A DNA stretch of 62,984 nucleotides, filler included, from Octopus bimaculoides (Eukaryota): the NCBI RefSeq assembly GCF_001194135.2. It is 2 parts of 2 records of this genome, joined end to end, with 100 filler letters (N's around TTAATTAATTAA, not from the genome) between each part and the next. Parts side by side here need not be neighbours in the genome. Positions count along the whole stretch, not along the records: positions 1 to 31,486 come from NC_068992.1; 1 more part is not named here. One strand, 5' to 3'. This document shows, piece after piece, positions 1-12,040 of this stretch (within the stretch, counting starts at the first letter, position 1; each line of letters starts with the position of its first letter). The position numbers were made by a program, and so were the translations under genes. The notes below the pieces were generated by a model. That model made no database searches. It saw only the letters and a program-made list of their open reading frames with translations, and had not been told where the DNA came from.

Positions 1-24
1 TATATATATATATATATATGAACG

Positions 25-55
<31 letters not shown>

Positions 56-62
56 GTATATG

Positions 63-850
63 CACGACGTGGTATCAAAACATTCCCAGACTAGTTCTGT
101 AGAGCCTTACCGGGTGATAGCACATGGTTTGGTGCGCAGTGAGAGCTAGCAGTGAACTTCATGAGGCAGTGTACCGAGAGACATCAGTATATTTACTTCG
201 CAAGTTGTGAAATTTTGTTTTAAACTTGACAAGTATGCCTCAGAGACATTGAGCATGCTCAAGCAAGCTTACGGTGGCGAGGCAATCAGTCCCACGCAAT
301 GTTCCGAGTGTCACATGCATTTCAAAACCCAAAGAAGGTCCCCGAAATACAATGAGCGATCTGGAAGTCTTGCACGTATGTCAAAACCCGTAATGTTGTA
401 TTGTGCGCCGCGAATTATCCCCCCTCCCCCCACACACACACGTTCACTAGGCCAGAGCGTCAATCGAGGATTTTACTGTGTCATTTTGAAGAGTTTAGAG
501 AAGGTATTCGGTGACAGAAGCTGAATCTCCGGAGGACGCAGATTTCGATTTTTCAAGATGACAATACCCTGTGTCACCGAGCTCTCTTCATTTATATGGC
601 TTCCGCACCCACCCTATTCACAATATTCAGCAGATGCGGACTTCCATTCCTCCCACAAAGTGAAAATGCAGACCTGGCCACGCTGTTTTAACACCATTGT
701 TGAGTTCCAGAAAGAATCACAGAAGGTCCTCCACTCTCTTACGTAAAATGACTTCCAGACCGGATTACACAAATAGCAGAGACTCTGAGACCGGTACGTT
801 GCTGCACAAGGTAACTATTCCGATGGTATGATGTTAAAACTTAGGTAAAT
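63..850 (+). mobile_element. Internally deleted mariner (Tc1/mariner DD34D) transposon relic
   Basis: ORF 207-524 starts KFCFKLDKYASETLSMLKQAYGGEAIS (mariner HTH N-terminus) and later has GQSVNRGFY; 558-746 has WLPHPPYS..ADADF (decayed HPPYSPDLAPxDF); C-terminal DRYVAAQGNY near 790-820. Mariner-like left end CACGACGTGGTATCAAAA; right TIR not seen. Confidence 0.9.
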
Positions 851-1181
851 AAGTAATTTTTTTTTAAACATGAATAGTGTCTATGCAAGTGTATATATAC
901 ATATACATACATATGTATGTATATATATAATTATACATATNNNNNNNNNNNNNNNNNNNNNNNNNNNNNNNNNNNNNNNNNNNNNNNNNNNNNNNNNNNN
1001 NNNNNNNNNNNNNNNNNNNNNNNNNNNNNNNNNNNNNNNNNNNNNNNNNNNNNNNNNNNNNNNNNNNNNNNNNNNNNNNNNNNNNNNNNNNNNNNNNNNN
1101 NNNNNNNNNNNNNNNNNNNNNNNNNNNNNNNNNNNNNNNNNNNNNNNNNNNNNNNNNNNNNNNNNNNNNNNNNNNNNNNNN

Positions 1182-1226
<45 letters not shown>

Positions 1227-2184
1227 AGGCAACTTGTCAGGATGAACTTATTTTCACACTCAAAAGAATATTAGGTGGGTCTCAAACTATACATTTTTTC
1301 CACTCGATATTCATGCAGTCTATGCAGATGGCACGATCCAACTTACTGAATGAATCCGATCTTGTGTGTTCATACATGTACTTTATATAAAGATACTTTC
1401 AAAATACTTCTACACTGTAGATTCTAGGGTAGATGAGTGAAACTCAAATGAGCAACAAAGGCGTGTAAGTGTCAATTCATCACGGCTGTTTCGAGCGACT
1501 CCTGAAATTGATGAATGAAATCAGATGACCGCATAGACTTACTTTAAAGCACTACACCATGAAATAGAGCGAGTTTTTGTTTTTGAAACATCGTCGGCAA
1601 ATATCTTCAGATCTGTTTTGATTGGGCTGCGTGTTGTGCTTGGCATTTACGAGCAACTCTATACAAGACTGTTTCACCAGTGCCCGCCCTATTGAAGAAT
1701 ATAGCTCAGATTTATGATGTTTTTTTTTTATCATAAATATATATTGTAACTATCCTATCATGTACCTCCTCTGTCTGATGTCTATACTTCTGATTGACAA
1801 TATATATCTCCAGATAATTTACATTCCTTAAAAATCAGTAATTTTCATCATAAAATTCACACGTTGATAAATTGGTGATAAATCGACATCTCAATTCTTC
1901 CTCATATATTTGATAAACCTAAGGAGTTGAGAAATGCATAATATGTTTCATAGTCTTATGTATATAGAACATACAGCACACTTCAGTGAACCAGTTTTAC
2001 GACACAAATATGGCCTGTGACTAGATATTTGTAGATGTACCTGATAACTAATTATTCTGTTCGTATTAAGTATTCATGCTATGTTTAAACTTCCTTTAAT
2101 CATTGGGTGTGTTTGGATGCTGTTCGAGTTGCAGGGAATATTCCTTCATCAATACTTACGGTATTATGATGATCGACCACATAC

Positions 2185-2398
2185 TTTTCTAATGTAGGCA
2201 CAAAGCCTGAAATTTCTAGGTAGGGGGCCAGTCGATTAGATCGACCCCAGTACGCAACTGGTATTTAATTTATCGACCCCACAAATGATGAAAGGCAAAG
2301 TCCACCTCGGCGAAATTTGAATTCAGAAAGTAAAGACAGACGAAATGCCACTAAGCATTTCGCCCGGTTTGATAACGTTTCTGCCAACTCGTCGCCTT
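2185..2398 (-). mobile_element. tRNA-derived SINE, family A
   Basis: Reverse complement gives a GGCGACGAGTTGGCAGAAACGTT head, B-box-like GAATTCAAATT and the family core CTTTGCCTTTCATC..GGGGTCGATAAATTAAATACCAGTTGCGTACTGGGGTCGAT, shared with many copies in the window. Confidence 0.9.
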
Positions 2399-3247
2399 TG
2401 ATGATAGACTAAATAAGTGTCTCGTTTGCGTCATTAACTCTTTACAACTATTGGAGTGTGCCCATTTATTAATACCCAAGTGCTGGTTATTGCGTGGCAA
2501 TTTCACAATCGGGTGTCATATATGGGCGGGGATAAAAAGTGGTTTACCAGCAAAAAGAAAATGGAGGGGATACAAAAATGACATACATCAGCTGGTAGAC
2601 ATTGTATTGTGTCTATTTAATACAAAATAAAAGGGAGTATTGTAAAAATAGATACACATGCAAAGACTATGTGCTACACAAATATATACTAATAATAGTA
2701 ATACGTAAATGAGTAAAAGTTTAAGAGATCAGTTCATTACGGCCGTTTCTGCCAATGAGCCACGATATCCTCCATGCTAGCTCCATCTCTTCAGTGTTCT
2801 GTAGGTATGAGTAGATAGAATTTGGATGGTGAGTGTGCCTCTAGGTTTCATCAGAAGGTCTAAATGGCTAGGAGAGCCGATACATATTAGTCAGTTACTA
2901 ATAGGTACAGTATATTTTTCTTAATGAAGTGGGCATAAGAAGAATAGGAGCAAGCCTTAGAGTGTGAGAGGAGTAAAATTTAGTAAAATCGATTAGGCAT
3001 AGCATAGGGAAATAAGTCATATACTTCAAGTGTTGCCTTCCAAAATTCATGTCATTTTGTCCAATGGTGGAGACGTAGGTATAGTTGTTCTAAGGATGAA
3101 TTCTTTTAGGAAGAGTAAATTTAGGCAGTGGTACCTAATTTGTTTAAATATAAATAAAGTAACGTTTGTGTTTACAGTGGTGGGTTTGAAAGTATGGTCC
3201 GTGTTTCAGAGGTGAAAGTTTATATGTAGGATGCCAGTATATCTATA

Positions 3248-3264
3248 CACCCCCCCCACACACA

Positions 3265-3310
<46 letters not shown>
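3248..3310. repeat. (CA)n microsatellite running into an assembly gap
   Basis: Directly visible. Confidence 0.95.
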
Positions 3311-4032
3311 NNNNNNNNNNNNNNNNNNNNNNNNNNNNNNNNNNNNNNNNNNNNNNNNNNNNNNNNNNNNNNNNNNNNNNNNNNNNNNNNNNNNNNNNNN
3401 NNNNNNNNNNNNNNNNNNNNNNNNNNNNNNNNNNNNNNNNNNNNNNNNNNNNNNNNNNNNNNNNNNNNNNNNNNNNNNNNNNNNNNNNNNNNNNNNNNNN
3501 NNNNNNNNNNNNNNNNNNNNNNNNNNNNNNNNNNNNNNNNNNNNNNNNNNNNNNNNNNNNNNNNNNNNNNNNNNNNNNNNNNNNNNNNNNNNNNNNNNNN
3601 NNNNNNNNNNNNNNNNNNNNNNNNNNNNNNNNNNNNNNNNNNNNNNNNNNNNNNNNNNNNNNNNNNNNNNNNNNNNNNNNNNNNNNNNNNNNNNNNNNNN
3701 NNNNNNNNNNNNNNNNNNNNNNNNNNNNNNNNNNNNNNNNNNNNNNNNNNNNNNNNNNNNNNNNNNNNNNNNNNNNNNATATATATATATATATACATGT
3801 GTATTTGCATATATGTATGTATCTTCGTACGTATATATGTATAAATAATGTTACAAATTGGCTGTAGTTCAACAAAAGCTATTTCAGTCGTATTCCTCAT
3901 TGATGAAGAAACCATTTACATTATTTAAAAAAGAAACGTTTTCTTGAGGTCAATTAAAATTAAAATAAGATTTACCCTTTGATTTTTTTCACACTGTAAT
4001 ATATGCCCATTAACTCAATTACCTCAGTACCA

Positions 4033-4094
4033 GTATGTATGTATGTATGTATGTATGTATGTATGTATGTATGTATGTATGTATGTATGTATGT

Positions 4095-4141
<47 letters not shown>

Positions 4142-4257
4142 CACAAATACATACATACAAACATACATGTATACATACATACATACACGCATGCATGCAT
4201 GCATACATACATACATACATACATTCATACATGCATACATACATACATACATACATA
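4033..4257. repeat. Compound tetranucleotide microsatellite (GTAT)n-(AGAT)n-(ATAC)n
   Basis: Directly visible; outer blocks are reverse complements. Confidence 0.95.
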
Positions 4258-4589
4258 GAAGGACTCTACCATCGAAGACGACGTATAAGCGTTCAGCTTT
4301 TGCCGAACGACCTGCACATTTGATCCGTTTTTGTTGATCAAATGGTCGTGCTCACTTTTTCCATCAAAGCGACGTTGTCTGAATAGGTGCAGTGTGTGCC
4401 ATGCCTCAGGCGTCGACGTGATCGCAGTGCAACGTGAGATGAAGTGCTTTAATAGATAACGTAACGCTCTGTCCGGTATACGAAGTGAAATCAAGATTGA
4501 TATATCGTGAGTTCAACACCCTTAAACACTAATCCAAGCACCCTCATAAATATGTACAGAGGAACATCCATATATGCAAGAGGGTGATT

Positions 4590-4674
4590 ATGTGTGTGTA
4601 CCATTGTTTGTGTGTGTGTGTGTGCATGTGTGCGTGTGCGATGTGTGTGTGCGCGTGTGCGTGAGCGTGTGTGC

Positions 4675-4761
<87 letters not shown>

Positions 4762-4762
4762 C
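4590..4762. repeat. (TG)n microsatellite
   Basis: Directly visible. Confidence 0.95.
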
Positions 4763-4852
4763 GTAAAAATATAAACTCCATATCGCAAGGGGAAATAACA
4801 TTTATTATCTTACCGCACGACGAAAACAATATGAATAATATATTTTATGAGT

Positions 4853-5248
4853 GGAGCGGTGAGCTGGAAGAAATGTTAGCATGTCGAGTGAAATGCTTAG
4901 CGGTATTTCGTCTGCCACTGCGTTCTGAGTTCAAATTTCGCCGAGGTCGACTTTGCCTTTCATCCTTTCGGGGTCGATAAATTAAGTACCAGTTACGCAC
5001 TGGGGTCGATATAATCGACTTAATCCGTTTGTCTGTCATTGTTTGTCCCCTCTGTGTGTAGCCCCTTGTGGGCAGTAAAAAAATAGGTATTTCACCTACT
5101 TTACGGTCTGGGTTCAAATCCTACGGAGGTTGACTTTACCATTCATCGTTTCGGGGTTGATAGATTAAGTACCAGTTGCATACTGTGGTCGATCTAATCG
5201 TCTGGCCTCCTACCCAAAAATGTCGGCTTTGTGCCTAGAGTAGATAAG
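4853..5248 (+). mobile_element. Dimeric family A SINE with perfect 16-bp TSD
   Basis: Two tandem monomers, each with a GTTCAAAT B box and a TTCATC.TTTCGGGGT.GATA core; AATATATTTTATGAGT duplicated at 4837-4852 and 5249-5264. Confidence 0.92.
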
Positions 5249-5919
5249 AATATATTTTATGAGTCAGATGTGTGCCACTCATCTTAAAGAATGAATAGGC
5301 GACTCACCTGAGGACGAACAGTAAATGAAAAAGCCAAATAAGATAAATTAAAGATACAGAAATTATTCACACACAGAAACTTCCGAGCTTCTTTTGAAAT
5401 TAAGTGTGCGTGTCAGACTGTTTCTGTGAGTGAGCGTATGTATATACTTGTGTATGTGTGCGTCGTTACAGGGAACAGCATCAATTTCTGTTGCATGTTT
5501 ATTTCGGAACTCATAGTGATTTCATGTTATCACAATATGGGGTTTGACTGCCATGTCATTTCTTCCTGTATAGTTACGTAAGTCTGTTATGTTTGGTGTG
5601 TGTTTGGCTTTATAGATTTAATATGAGATTTCTGAGCGATGGTATACATGCAATGCCTTTCAGTACGTATGTCTTTCAGTGCAGGATTTTATGTCCGAAG
5701 ATTTATTTGATTTTCAACGTGTTACTTTCTTTCATATAAGCATCTCCATGTTTATGTATTGATAGTGTTGTGTACCTTTATGTTGATAAACAGCAGGACT
5801 GTATTATATCGCCAGATGCATATGTTCATTGTTCGTGTTAAAATGTATTTCTTTCAATTTTCTTATGTGTGTATAATGTTATGTTGGCAATAGGAGTTAT
5901 GTCAGTTCAATAATTTTTC

Positions 5920-6100
5920 AGGGCAAGATGGTTAGCGGCATCTCGTTCGCCCTTACGGTTTGATTTCGAATGTCATTTAAGTTGCCATTGCATTTTATGG
6001 TTTCGGCGTCGATAAAATATGTACCATTTGAATACTGGGTTCGACGTAATCAGCCTATGCTTTCCTCCAAATTGCTGCCCTTGCACAAAATTTGAAATAA
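5920..6100 (+). mobile_element. Degraded family A SINE
   Basis: TTTCGGCGTCGATAAAATATGTACCATTTGAATACTGGGTTCGACGTAATC core and CAAAATTTGAAA tail match other copies. Confidence 0.7.
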
Positions 6101-6654
6101 TTAATCAAGTGTTTGTTTCAGTAAGGTTTTATTGAACTTTCATGTGGGATAAATTTTTTCAAAGAAGTCTTAAATTTGTTTTGTGCATGCTTAGTGCATT
6201 GCACATGTGTATATTTGCATTACGCGCGCCTATGTTCTTATAGAAAGCCAATGTTGCTTTGTTAAATAATGTTCATATTTCGAATGCTTGTCATGAAAAT
6301 AATTTCGTTTGTTATGGAGTGCTGTTATATTCCTTGTCTGAGTCATGCTTTTAAAAGTGAGTATGCGTATGTGTTTCTTATATAAGTGAAAGTCAGTAGG
6401 GAAATATCCAATAGATTTAGTTATACTGGTGAAGTGCATCGAGTAGAGTGTTGCACGAAATATGTTGAAACTAGAGGTTGTATGGAGATAAACAACTAAA
6501 GAGGTAAACAATGGAAAGTTTGTCTTTTTTCCTCTTCTGGGACGAGAGTTCAGTCATTCATTGTATTGCTGAAACGTTAGAAGTAGTAATGGTGCATGGA
6601 TTTTTCCACGGAAAGAAAAGAAAAGTCGTAAAATTGCCATTTTGTTTCGGATAT

Positions 6655-6662
6655 CACACACA

Positions 6663-6709
<47 letters not shown>

Positions 6710-6822
6710 ACACTCACACTCACACTCACACACACAAGCACATATATAAATGTGGGTATATGTGTGAGTACATACAAACACACACACACACATACATACA
6801 TACATACATACATACATACATC
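6655..6822. repeat. (CA)n/(CATA)n microsatellite
   Basis: Directly visible. Confidence 0.9.
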
Positions 6823-7711
6823 AGAATCTATACAAAGTGATCTCTCGTTTGCCTCCTGATATTTAAGAGTAGCTGCCTGCGGAATAGAAAATTAATAACC
6901 AAGTGATAATAGACGTTTGCTTAGATTTCTTTACATATTCCCTCATATGTGTGGTGTGCAACAAACGTATGTATCGTAGTACGTCTACACATCTGCATAT
7001 GCGTAAAAGAATAGGCAAGCACTGAGAGTGACGGGGTGATATATGGCTCAATTCAAAGTCTTTAATACTATTCTTTTATAGGATCTCTTCAAGTGGAAAT
7101 TAATATCAGTATGAGAGGGCCAGCTTGTTGTGTCTTTGCTATGCCAGACTATGCCGGCATACATATTGAAATAAATGGAAACCGACTTTTGATAAACTAT
7201 TTCTTCGAGGACAAAACCGTCTGATTTATGGTCATCGCCGTACATGTTGAAAGTGTTGATAGTGCCGAACGATAATCACGAATACGATATCGATTAATTC
7301 TTATACATCATGTCAGAAATGCCGATGAAAAATATCTAAAGATTTTCAATAAATGTTACATCTGATCATTGTATTGTTCATCACATTGAGTATATCGTGT
7401 TGGTAGCCTCGTGGAAACAACGTCTCTGTGGAATCATTCTCATAGCGTGTGAGTTTTTCTACTGGTTGTGCTAGTGGTCTTACAAACTGAAATTTACATT
7501 TGAGATGCAAGGAAATGAAAACGATTTTTGCATGAACAAAACTAGCATCTCGGAATACACATTTGTACGCATATTCAAGTATGTTTTTCATTGTTCAAAT
7601 TTATATACTGCAGATCAGTTTCTGAACACAGGTGGAGTACATTCTCTTGCTATAAATTGTACTTTACATTCTATCAGCTTTAGCAGTTGTTTTTTTTTTT
7701 ATTTCAACTAG

Positions 7712-7945
7712 TACAAGACATGTACTAAAATATTTACGGACGAATCCACAAAGGTGGCGCATGGGTGGTGAATTTAAACTGATAATCCATTTTCACTTCC
7801 TCCGATGCTCTGAAAGAGGCCTTCCAAGATTTTATTAACTCTAGATTTCCAGGCTTTTATAGCCCCGATCCAGGCTGGACAAGCAAACGCTGAAATGGCA
7901 AACACGTATTGACAATATCGGTACATAATTTGATGAATAAAACTA
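7712..7945 (+). mobile_element. Short mariner deletion derivative (transposase C-terminus only)
   Basis: Translates FTSSDALKEAFQDFINSRFPGFYS...LKWQTRIDNIGT*FDE, matching the mariner C-terminal pattern (F..SR...FY..GI..L..RWQ.CID..G.YFD). Confidence 0.6.
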
Positions 7946-7974
7946 TTTCTTTTGTTTATAAAACGTTAGTAAAA

Positions 7975-8125
7975 GTTTATTCTGTTTACTATTTACATTT
8001 GACGGATATTTGTCCTCTTCTTGTTCGTTATTAACACAACGTTTCGGCTGATATACCCACTAGCCTTCGTCAGATATCTTGGGGAAATTTGAAACCTGGG
8101 TTCTCATTCTTAAGGTATTTATCGA

Positions 8126-8130
<5 letters not shown>
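7975..8130 (-). mobile_element. Penelope-type pLTR-like repeat body containing a hammerhead motif (copy A)
   Basis: Reverse complement AACATCGATAAATACCTTAAGAATGAGAACCCAGGTTTC...GGACAAATATCCGTCAAATGTAAATA, collinear with copies at 12039-12223 and 15040-15230; abuts (TTA)n. Confidence 0.85.
8033..8078 (-). ncRNA. Minimal type-I hammerhead ribozyme motif (dimer-type), core intact
   Basis: RNA strand GAUAU-CUGACGA-A-GGCU(agugggu auauc)AGCC-GAAAC-GUU-GUGUU: conserved core, stem II, ACGU palindrome in place of helix III, stem I GAUAU/GUGUU. Confidence 0.75.

Positions 8131-8197
<67 letters not shown>
8128..8197. repeat. (TTA)n microsatellite
   Basis: Directly visible. Confidence 0.95.
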
Positions 8198-8278
8198 GTC
8201 CGTGGGCATATGTCATAGTGATTAAGAGCGCGGGCTACTAACTGAAAGATTCCGAGTTCGATTCCAAGCAGTGACTTG
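8198..8278 (+). mobile_element. tRNA-derived SINE head (tRNA-Ser-like) followed by (AAT)n
   Basis: A-box-like TGTCATAGTGA at 8211-8221, anticodon-arm-like GGGCT-ACT-AA, B box GAGTTCGATTCC at 8254-8265; no complete cloverleaf. Confidence 0.7.
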
Positions 8279-8291
8279 AATAATGCTAATG

Positions 8292-8345
<54 letters not shown>

Positions 8346-8346
<1 letters not shown>

Positions 8347-11328
8347 TGAAAAAACAAAATTTTATGAATAACGGCGGTAATGAAACTGAAACCAATGATG
8401 TTGACAGTGTTAAACCCGGTAGGCTCAGAGATACTTGTCCGGCTCCAGCCTGTCGATATCCAGAAAGGGACCACCACATTCGGCGTAGAATGAGGAAGCA
8501 AATTGATGCTATGTTACTACCTGAGCAGACCGGTAGATGAAAATAGTGCTCAAATTAGGGTTTAACGACAACGTATGTATGATCATTGGAGAGAAAAAAG
8601 AGTTGATGTGATCAAGCTAGAGCAATAAGTAAATATTGTTGGTTCACAGAAGTAGAACTCGAAGCTATCAAAAGAGGGCGCATGGAAACTAACAGCAGAG
8701 ATAACAATGAAAATACAGTTCTTACTAATAAGATTAATCCCATAGCACAGGAAAGGAGCATTGTTAGTTTACTTAATGAAATGAATATAGATGATCTAAA
8801 AGAAGACAATAAAACTAATGGTGACATGACAGATGAACAAAGGCAATATACGACAGAATAAAGGTAAGACTACAGGAGGAAAATAGCGACGTTATTTGCA
8901 AACTTAAAAATGTTGATCAACTTAAATTGAACCAAGAAACGAAAAATAGAACAAACATCACAGAAACAAATAATTTGATCAAGGGAGCAAGTATTGCTGT
9001 AGTAGAAAACGTGGCTGTTGATGTCAAGTAAAAGAAACACAATGGAAGGGACAAAAGAAAAGATCCATGGTGAAAAAAAAATCCGGGTAGGGTAAGACAT
9101 GCTCTCATAGGACATCTCTGTGTTAGACCGAAAAGAGAAAGGGGAGCTTAAAAGGGGACCAAAGTAAAGGGCGCTGAAAAGAAGTATAATTTTGAAAGAA
9201 AGGCCTGAAAGTAGTAATGGAGGAACTGAAATAGTGCATCGTTGCAAAGAAAGCAACGATGGTAAGATACGGCCAAAGAATGAAAGGCTAACACCAGAAT
9301 AGGTTATTCAGAGTAGATCAGAAGAGATTCTATAAAGAAATAAATGGAGAGTATACAGATGCAGAGTTGATACCAGATAACAATGGGAGTGAAAGGTTTT
9401 CCGAGTGACATTTGGAGCAAAGACAAGGAAAGGAGCACAAGAAGGATACTGAATGGTTGCAAGAACTGAAACAAACAGTAGTCTGTCCGAAACAGGCAGA
9501 ACTAGTAATTTCAGTTACGGGAATGAAGGAAATCAGCAAAAAGATGAGCAACTGGAAGGCCCCGGGACCAGACTGATTTCAAGGTTATTGGATCAATAGA
9601 TTTGGTGAATGTCATGCACGAATAGCTGCGCAACTCAACGCCTTGTTAAATGTCGACCAAGGAACACCAGAGTGGTTGACATTGGGTAGGACATTGATGT
9701 GCCTGAAAAACATCCAAAACGGCAATACGGTAGACAATTACAGGCTGATATCCTGTTTGCTACTTATGTGGAAGCTATTGACAGGAATACTCGCAGAGTC
9801 AATATACAAACATCTGGTAAAAAACGTACTCCTGCCACACGAACAGAAGTGTTGTAAGCGTAAGTGCAGAAGTACCAACGATCAGAACTTGATAGACAAA
9901 CTGTAGTTAGAGACGGCAAGAGGATAAAAAGTAACTTTGCCATATCATGGATCGACTATCATAAGGCGTACGATATGGTCCCACATTCCCGGATTATGGA
10001 GTGTATGAACCTACTTGGTATTGTATCGAATGTTGTGCGATTGCTTGGAATAAGAATGGCAATTTGGAGGACGGGCCTGACAGCATATGAAAGAAGTTTA
10101 GGGACAGTAGAAATTAGGTGGGGGCATCTTCCAAGTGGACTGTCTATCCCCACTGATCTTTGTACTGTGCTTGATACCACTAATACTGATTCTGAGGAAA
10201 GCAAAAGCTGGGTATGAATTCAGAAGCCGCCAGCAAAAAGTCAGCCACTTGTCATTCATGGACGATCTCAAACTTTCTGGTAAAGATGAAGCGCAAGTCA
10301 GTTCCCTCGTTGATATGGTGTATACCTTCAGTGCTGATGTCAGAATGGAGTGCGGACTAAGAAAGTGTGGTGTGTTAGTATTGAAGAGAGGCAAAAATCA
10401 AATGTATGGACAGGCTAATGATACCATCGAGGGAGCTTATGCATCAGAGACGGGCTCTAAGTACCTGGGAATATTGGAAATGGATAAATTGATGGAGAAA
10501 GAAATGGCACAAAAATTTGAGGTGGAGTGTTTGCGCAAACTGAGATAAGACAGACAGTGAAAAAAGGATGGCTGTGGAAGACTAAAAGTGATCTAAAACC
10601 GGAAACGACGACTCTAATCTCTGCTGTCCAAGAGCAAGCACGAAGAACAAACTACATAAAATACAGAATAGACAACACATCAGAAAGTGATAAGTACAGA
10701 ATCTGTGGACAAAACGGTGAAACCGAATGGCATATTACCAACCAAACTACGCCACGAGCCCAGAATGAATATACGAGTCGCCACGTCAGTATAGAAAGGC
10801 TTGTCCATCGGACACTTTGCAACTAGTATGGACTTGACAGAGCAAAAAATTGGTACAACCACAAACCCGAAGGCATCATCGAAAATAGAAATGCAAAGAT
10901 TCTATGGGATTTTATGATTCATTAGTTAGAGAATAGAAAGTCGGACACAGTCTCAATTAAGAAAGAAAACAAACTATGCTGGATTATAGATATAGCATGC
11001 CCAGCTGACAACAGGATATGCAATAAGGAAGAAAGAAATTCGAAAGATATGACAGTTTAGCTTGGGAAGTTAAGCAGTTGTGGTTGATGAAAATGGTAGT
11101 AGTACCAATAATTGTCGGAGCCCTGGGAACAATGAGTAAACATATTGAGAAGTAGGTGAAGCAAATAGGGGCTGCAATAAGAATGGAACACTTGCAGAAA
11201 ACAGCACTGCTTGGAACCGCTAGAATACTCCGGAAGTTGCTTGGAAAATAAGAGGCTTTACATTAGTTCACTGATAATGAACAGCTGAAACTGTAATACA
11301 TCTCCAGCGTTAGAAGCTGTGCAAAGGC
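8346..11328 (+). mobile_element. Near full-length decayed R4/Dong-clade non-LTR retrotransposon (RT + CCHC + RLE), family 1
   Basis: Broken ORF pieces: PEWLTLGRT..NYRLISCL..MWKLLTG, WIDYHKAYDMVPHS, DCLSPLIFVLCLIPL, FMDDLKL, KSDLKPET..AVQEQA.RTNYIKYRID, ILWDFMI, IIDIACPAD, VVPIIVGALG. (AAT)n at both ends; 3' junction GCTGTGCAAAGGC|AATAAT. Confidence 0.95.
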
Positions 11329-11342
11329 AATAATAATAAGGC

Positions 11343-11436
<94 letters not shown>

Positions 11437-11454
11437 ATAATAATAATAACAATG

Positions 11455-11538
<84 letters not shown>
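11329..11538. repeat. (AAT)n microsatellite
   Basis: Directly visible. Confidence 0.95.
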
Positions 11539-11540
<2 letters not shown>

Positions 11541-11972
11541 GAGAAAGCAAGCATACTCTGGGATATGCCAATACACACAGATAGAGAAATTAATGCTTTC
11601 GATTTGATGTATCAATACCAGCAGATGACAACGTTTCCCTAAAAGAAATGGAAACACTTTCAAAATACAAAGACCTGGAAATAGAGGTAACTCGAATGTG
11701 GAATCTAAAAATAGAAACAATTCCTATCATAGTAGGTGCCTTAGTTATAATAAAAAAATATTCAGACAAATACATAACAAAAACTCCAGGACTTACAAAT
11801 ATATATAACATACAGAGAATTGCACTACTGGGCACTGCACACATCCTACGGAAAACACTTTCAATACAGTAACCATAAGAGCATCCCAGCAAACCACAGC
11901 ACATACCCAAGGCACACAGAGCTGCGCTCGGTAGTGAAGTGAAAGCACGTTATAAAAATAAAACTACTGAAC
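11539..11972 (+). mobile_element. 5'-truncated R4/Dong-type LINE, family 2 (RLE domain + 3' UTR)
   Basis: ILWDMPIHTDREI, DVSIPADDNV, KYKDLEIEVTRMWNLK..IPIIVGAL, ALLGTAHILRKTLSIQ*; both ends in (AAT)n. Confidence 0.92.
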
Positions 11973-12028
<56 letters not shown>

Positions 12029-12040
12029 TGATGATAATAA
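11973..12040. repeat. (AAT)n microsatellite
   Basis: Directly visible. Confidence 0.95.

Noticed and set aside
2740-3220. Strand-biased segments here and at 34400-34680, 56360-56560 and 62250-62410 resembling old LINE debris
   Set aside because: No motif could be read with confidence; left unannotated.
5302-5400. Minus-strand CTCAG|GTGAGT donor preceded by a hydrophobic frame (IISVSLIYLIWLFHLLFVL)
   Set aside because: There is an in-frame stop just upstream, no ATG and no clear acceptor; T-rich DNA yields hydrophobic peptides by chance.
8198-8278. Functional tRNA gene
   Set aside because: A and B boxes are present but the acceptor and anticodon stems do not pair into a cloverleaf; treated as a SINE head.
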